Origin: Erythrobacter sp.
GTDB taxonomy: Bacteria > Pseudomonadota > Alphaproteobacteria > Sphingomonadales > Sphingomonadaceae
Reading direction: 5' to 3'
Assembly (NCBI GenBank): GCA_013001165.1
Contig: JABDNC010000011.1
Span: 1-55,074, forward strand
DNA: 55,074 nt
Shown here one piece after another: positions 50,775 through 55,074 of this stretch. The number at the start of each line of letters is the position of its first letter. Position 1 is the stretch's first letter. The position numbers and the translations under genes are program-made. The notes beneath the pieces are model-generated. The model searched no databases, had not been told where the DNA came from, and saw only the letters and a list, made by a program, of their open reading frames with translations.

Positions 50775-50806
50775 GGTCGGCGAAGAAGCCACCGAATAGC
50801 GAACCA

Positions 50807-50845
50807 GGAAGGCTTGGCCGGCTCACTCAGTCGGCCAGGCTTTCC
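50807..50845 (+). terminator. Long hairpin after tadC, overlapping the marR 3' end
   Basis: GGAAGGCTTGGCCGGCT-CACTC-AGTCGGCCAGGCTTTCC: a 17-bp stem with three G-U pairs on the + strand. Confidence 0.6.
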
Positions 50846-51297
50846 GCGTCGAAGTCCCCGGCATTTTCGCGCAGGCGGGCGAGCATGTCGCGAAAAGCGT
50901 CCTGTTCCTCGGAGTTGAGCACGGAGAACATCTCCGCCTCGATCTTGAGCGCCAGCGGCATGATGCCCGCGTGAACCGCCCTGCCCTCTGCCGTTAGTTC
51001 GAGCAGGTGCGACCGGCCGTCCTTCGCATTGGGCGTGCGCGCGGCCAGTCCGCGGCTCTCCAGCGTCTTGCAGGCGCGGTTGACCGGCACCTTGTCCATC
51101 AGGGTCATCTGCGACAATTCGCGCTGCGTCAGCGGACCGCTGTCCCCGAGAACGGCCATGATCCGCCACTCGGTCGTCTTCAGCGCAAAACGCTTGCGAT
51201 ACTGCTCTGCAATCCGGGTCGAGATCGCATTGGATGCGATCGACAGCTGGTAAGGCAGGAAATCGGCGAGGCGTTTGGCGGGCTTGCGTGACGACAT
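50827..51297 (-). CDS. MarR family transcriptional regulator
   Basis: FLPYQLS, EWRIMAVL, MDKVPVNRA..LE.RG, DGRSHLLELT..G. ATG 51297. Confidence 0.93.
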   Translation of the reverse strand: MSSRKPAKRLADFLPYQLSIASNAISTRIAEQYRKRFALKTTEWRIMAVLGDSGPLTQRELSQMTLMDKVPVNRACKTLESRGLAARTPNAKDGRSHLLELTAEGRAVHAGIMPLALKIEAEMFSVLNSEEQDAFRDMLARLRENAGDFDAESLAD

Positions 51298-51332
51298 GCC
51301 GCATAGCTGTAACCTTCCCGTGGCGCTTGGCA

Positions 51333-51365
51333 AGGTTTCAGCTGTGACTATCACATGTGCAACTA
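51333..51365. promoter_or_regulatory. Two overlapping imperfect palindromes, putative MarR auto-operator
   Basis: AGGTTTCA-GC-TGTGACTA (51333-51350) and CTATCACA-TG-TGCAACTA (51348-51365) share a CA-N2-TG core and an ACTA end. Confidence 0.45.
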
Positions 51366-52235
51366 TTCGTATCCAGGCTCATCCCACCAAGGATAGAAGT
51401 CGGGCATGTTCTCACCCACCGTATCGGGATAGGCAGGTGGGCGCTTCTCGAGGAAGCTTGCAATCCCCTCCTTCGCGTCATTGCTGCGGCTGAGGCGATA
51501 GATCGCGCGGCTGTCGATCCGGTGGGCGTCCATCGGGTGTCCGGCCGCGCCAAGACGCCAGAGCATTGCACGTGTCATCGCGACCGAAACTGCCGAGGTG
51601 TTGTCCGCGATCTCGCGGGCGATACCCAGGGCCGCATCCATCAGTTCTCCCTGCGGGTGGACCGAACGTACGAGGCCACGGTCCTTCGCCTCGGCAGCGT
51701 CGAATATCCGCCCGGTCATGCACCATTCGAGCGCCGTCTGCATGCCGACGAGGCGCGGGAGGAACCAGCTGCTCGCAGCTTCCGGCGTGATCCCGCGCCG
51801 TGCGAAGACGAAGCCGAAGCGCGCATTGTCGCTGCACAAGCGGATATCGAAGGGTAGCTGCATGGTCGCACCGACCCCCACGGCAACGCCGTTGCAGGCG
51901 CCGATGAGTGGTTTCTTGGAGTCGAACAGGCGGAGTGTCAGCCGCCCTCCCCCGTCGCGTACGCGTTCGTCTGAGAGGTCCTCGACCGGGTTCGGGTCGG
52001 AGAAGACGTGTCCGCCACCCTCCGGCGTAAGGTCGGCGCCGGCGCAGAAGGCCCTGTCGCCATGTCCGGTAACGATTACGGCCCGCACGCTGTCATCGGC
52101 ATCGGTCACGTCGAGCGCATCGATGAACTCGGCCATCATGGTGCGTGTGAAGGCATTCATCTTCTCGGGACGATGCAGCGTCACGGTGGCGATACCGTCG
52201 GCGATGTCGAGCTTGATCTGCGTGTAGGCGTTCAT
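51363..52235 (-). CDS. Crotonase/enoyl-CoA hydratase family protein
   Basis: LHRPEKMNA, AFCAGADL, KPLIGACNGVAVGVG, DIRL, GITPEA, EGIASFLEKRPP. Confidence 0.93.
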   Translation of the reverse strand: MNAYTQIKLDIADGIATVTLHRPEKMNAFTRTMMAEFIDALDVTDADDSVRAVIVTGHGDRAFCAGADLTPEGGGHVFSDPNPVEDLSDERVRDGGGRLTLRLFDSKKPLIGACNGVAVGVGATMQLPFDIRLCSDNARFGFVFARRGITPEAASSWFLPRLVGMQTALEWCMTGRIFDAAEAKDRGLVRSVHPQGELMDAALGIAREIADNTSAVSVAMTRAMLWRLGAAGHPMDAHRIDSRAIYRLSRSNDAKEGIASFLEKRPPAYPDTVGENMPDFYPWWDEPGYE

Positions 52236-52443
52236 TTGGATTTCCTCTCCGGTCTCTCCGCCAGGATGGAACACATTGAACACGGTCCTGGCAAGAAAAT
52301 CGGTACCGGCAGGCCGCTTTCGTCATACGTGGCATTACGATCTGGGCGACAGGCGTGCGGCATCCTCCCTTCGTTACCCACCGGGAAAAGAGTAGGAAAT
52401 CCGGGCACCTGCGCGGTTCCCGCCTCCTGCAAAAATTGTTTCT

Positions 52444-52469
52444 GGAACGCCAGAGCGTGAGGACCCGTT
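52444..52469 (+). promoter_or_regulatory. EcfG/SigT promoter motif
   Basis: GGAAC-N17-CGTT, an exact match, 35 bp before the ATG at 52505. Confidence 0.75.
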
Positions 52470-52504
52470 GGAAAGGCGAACCCCCATTCATCCCAAGGTG
52501 CCCC

Positions 52505-53884
52505 ATGTCGCAGATCACAACCAGCAATCCCGCAACCCGCGAGACCATCGAAACCTACGACCTGATGTCGAAGGACGAGGCCTTTGCCAAGATCGACGCT
52601 GCGCATGAAGCCTATCTGGATTGGCGCACGCGCAGTCACGAAGAGCGCGGCGAAGTCCTGCGCAAGATCGCGAAGGCCCTGCGCGACAATACCGACCGCA
52701 TCAGCGACCTCATGACCCGCGAAACCGGCAAACTGCTTAAGGACGGCAAGACTGAGGTTGAGATCTGCGCGCGCATCTTCGAATACAGCGCCGACAACGG
52801 CCCGTCCGAACTCGCCGACGAGGAGCGCGAGCATTCGGGCGGCAAGAAGCGCGGCATCGTCACCTATTCGCCGATCGGCGTGATCTATTCGATCCAGCCG
52901 TGGAATTTCCCGCTCTATCAACCCGTGCGCGTGCTGGCCGCAAACGCGATGGCGGGCAACGCCTGCATCCTGAAGCACGCCTCGATTTGCACCGGCAGCG
53001 GCCTGCTGCTGCGCGACCTGTGCCTCGAGGCCGGATTGCCCGAAGGCCTTTTCGACGTGGTTCTCGTCGATCACGACCTATCCGACGAGATCATCGCCCA
53101 TGAGAAGATCCGCGCGGTCACCATGACCGGCAGCGACGGTGCCGGGCGCCATATCGGCAAGACAGCCGCAGAAGCGCTGAAGAAAACGGTGCTCGAGCTG
53201 GGATCGAACGATGCCTATCTCGTGCTCGAAGACGCGGACATCGATCTTGCGGTGAAGACCTGCGTCACCGGCCGCCTCTACAACAACGGCGAAACCTGCG
53301 TTTCGGCAAAACGCTTCGTCGTCACAGACGCCGTATACGACCAGTTTGTCGAAGGCTTCGTCGAACGGATGAAGTCTACCAGGATGGGCGACCCGACCGA
53401 CGAGGACACGCAGTTGGGGCCCGTTTCCAGCAAAGAACAGTTCGATACGCTGGTCGAACAGGTCGGCAAGAGCCTCGAGGGTGGCTGCACGCTCCTGTGC
53501 GGCGGCGACCCGGAAGAGGATCCCGACGGCTGGTACTATCCCGCCACCGTGCTCGCCGACTGCAAGCCGGGCACGCCTGCCTATGATGACGAATTATTCG
53601 GCCCCGTAGCCTCGATCATCCGTGCCAAGGACGACGAAGACGCCATGCGCATCGCCAATGACAGCCGCTACGGCCTTGGCGGCGGCATCTTCACCAAGGA
53701 TCAGGACAAGGCGATCCGTCTGGCCCGCGATCACTTCGACACGGGAATGGTCCGTGTCAATTCCTTCGGTGCGGCAGACCCGAACATGCCCTTCGGCGGG
53801 GTGAAGGACAGCGGATACGGTCGCGAACATGGCGGCTTCGGAATGAAGGAATTCGTCAACACCAAGGCAATTTTCCTGCCCTGA
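52505..53884 (+). CDS. NAD(P)-dependent succinate-semialdehyde dehydrogenase-like aldehyde dehydrogenase
   Basis: QPWNFP, LKHA, TGSDGAG, LELGSND, NNGETCVSAKR (catalytic Cys), ELFGPV, PFGGVKDSGYGRE. Confidence 0.92.
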   Translation: MSQITTSNPATRETIETYDLMSKDEAFAKIDAAHEAYLDWRTRSHEERGEVLRKIAKALRDNTDRISDLMTRETGKLLKDGKTEVEICARIFEYSADNGPSELADEEREHSGGKKRGIVTYSPIGVIYSIQPWNFPLYQPVRVLAANAMAGNACILKHASICTGSGLLLRDLCLEAGLPEGLFDVVLVDHDLSDEIIAHEKIRAVTMTGSDGAGRHIGKTAAEALKKTVLELGSNDAYLVLEDADIDLAVKTCVTGRLYNNGETCVSAKRFVVTDAVYDQFVEGFVERMKSTRMGDPTDEDTQLGPVSSKEQFDTLVEQVGKSLEGGCTLLCGGDPEEDPDGWYYPATVLADCKPGTPAYDDELFGPVASIIRAKDDEDAMRIANDSRYGLGGGIFTKDQDKAIRLARDHFDTGMVRVNSFGAADPNMPFGGVKDSGYGREHGGFGMKEFVNTKAIFLP

Positions 53885-53927
53885 TCCGAGCCCCCTTTTT
53901 TAGCAATCTCCCAAGGAGCCCAATTCC

Positions 53928-54527
53928 ATGAAAATTCTAGTCGCCGGAGCAACCGGCAATACCGGCACTCGCCTCGTCAAGGAACTTTGCTCGCGCGGTC
54001 ACGATCCGGTCGCCCTTGTGCGGTCTTCTTCCGATACGAGCGATCTTCCCGAAGGTGTCGAACGAAGGGTCGGCGACCTGACGTCGCTCGACGACGATGT
54101 CACCAAGGGATGCGATGCCGTGATCTTCGCTGCGGGATCGGGCGGCGACACAGACGAAGAGATGACGCGGAAAGTCGACCGTGACGGCGCAATCAGGCTG
54201 ATCGATATCGCCGAGAAATCCGGCGTCGATCGCTTCGTTATGCTCAGCTCGGTCGGAGCAGCCGATCCCGATTCCGACAGCGACCTCGCGCATTACCTGC
54301 AGGCCAAGCACCTTGCCGACGAACGGCTGAAGGAAAGCTCGCTCAACTATGCGATCCTGCGCCCCGTCGCCCTGACGGACGACGGCCCCACGGGTTCGGT
54401 GCGCCTCGGCGACGAAGTCGATCCCAAGGGCGAAGCCGCCCGCGGCGATGTAGCCGTGCTGCTCGCCGATGCGGCCGAGCAGGACGAATGGGTCGGCGCG
54501 ATCAAGCTGATGGAAACAGTTAGCTAG
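53928..54527 (+). CDS. Atypical SDR / NAD(P)H-binding protein
   Basis: ILVAGATGNTG, FAAGSGG, VDRDGA, RFVMLSS, YLQAK, ILRP. Confidence 0.9.
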   Translation: MKILVAGATGNTGTRLVKELCSRGHDPVALVRSSSDTSDLPEGVERRVGDLTSLDDDVTKGCDAVIFAAGSGGDTDEEMTRKVDRDGAIRLIDIAEKSGVDRFVMLSSVGAADPDSDSDLAHYLQAKHLADERLKESSLNYAILRPVALTDDGPTGSVRLGDEVDPKGEAARGDVAVLLADAAEQDEWVGAIKLMETVS

Positions 54528-54571
54528 GCACGAACGGCGGGGTGATGCCCCGCCGGCCGCCACCCGCCGCG

Positions 54572-55074
54572 TCAGAAGCGCGCCAGTTCCATCCAGTGGA
54601 ACTCGAACCGGTCCAGTCCGGAAGCAAAGTAATCGCGGTGAGCGAGGTATTCCGGCATTGTCTGGACCTTCCGGAATCCGTCCAGGCTATCCCACTCGAC
54701 GAACGTAAGCTGGCCGGGGGCTTCATCGGGCGAGGCATGGACTTCGGACGGCGGGTTGTAGATCTTTGCGATGAAACGGCCTCCGGCGCGCGTGACGGCC
54801 GGTTCGATCCCTTCGAGGTAGCGCGTGTAGTCGGCACCCGTCTCGGCATCGGGCCAGGCAACGACGACGGTGTAGTATTTGTCCGGTGAGAAGGTCAGCG
54901 AAAGGTCCTCGGTGAGGGTCGCTGTGTAGATGGCCAGCTCATCCCAGCCTTCCGGGCGGACTTGCCTGTACTCCGGCCAATCGGGGTTTTGCGAAAAACG
55001 CTTCTCGGCGGCCTCGCTTGGCCATGCGAAGAAGGTGAAGGCGTCCGGCTTGGTTTCGCTGATCACCGATTCCC
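54572..55074 (-). CDS. DUF1330-like protein, 3' part (start probably beyond the window end)
   Basis: The frame is open to the window edge. Y..YLEGIEPAVTRAGGRF and FVEWDSLDGF....PEY resemble DUF1330, and an earlier partial repeat (FFAWPSEAA...PDW) suggests two domains. Confidence 0.6.
   Translation of the reverse strand, partial: ESVISETKPDAFTFFAWPSEAAEKRFSQNPDWPEYRQVRPEGWDELAIYTATLTEDLSLTFSPDKYYTVVVAWPDAETGADYTRYLEGIEPAVTRAGGRFIAKIYNPPSEVHASPDEAPGQLTFVEWDSLDGFRKVQTMPEYLAHRDYFASGLDRFEFHWMELARF

Noticed and set aside
44022-50792. Chain of long minus-strand ORFs (454, 524, 741 and 676 aa) opposite the Tad genes
   Set aside because: They are antisense shadows expected from strong GC3 codon bias, with no motifs. 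The + strand genes are clearly real.
52269-52281. GAAC-ACATT-GAAC as an alphaproteobacterial LexA box
   Set aside because: The spacer is 5; the box requires GAAC-N7-GAAC.

Overview
High-GC alphaproteobacterial chromosome segment. Gene content and order point to Sphingomonadales, probably Erythrobacteraceae (inference). It is mostly core genome: the 5' end of the dcw cluster (mraZ-rsmH-ftsL-like-ftsI), cysK, a ferredoxin, alkA, phhB, ccmAB, map, an M17 peptidase, argC, glnB-glnA, bpt-tamA-tamB, ilvA, argS-SPOR-nagZ-scpAB-tatABC, ispH-thrB-rnhA, a Tad/Cpa pilus cluster (cpaABCDE-tadBC, without cpaF or flp), marR, a crotonase and an aldehyde dehydrogenase operon. I saw no tRNA, rRNA, CRISPR array, transposase, integrase or prophage, and I cannot support a complete new system here. 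The best leads are: mirror-image ~10-bp-phased GGGA arrays around the mraZ promoter; a J-domain/winged-helix protein followed by a structured intergenic element; an accessory block after glnA (tandem PilZ, orphan GH24 lysozyme, EcfG-type promoter driving secreted RcnB-like and fasciclin proteins); CtrA-like boxes before bpt-tamAB; overlapping sigma54 and ECF-like motifs at glnB; and an expanded CpaA in an ATPase-less Tad cluster. All family calls come from motif recognition by eye, with no searches run. Many starts were moved downstream of the ORF-track starts.
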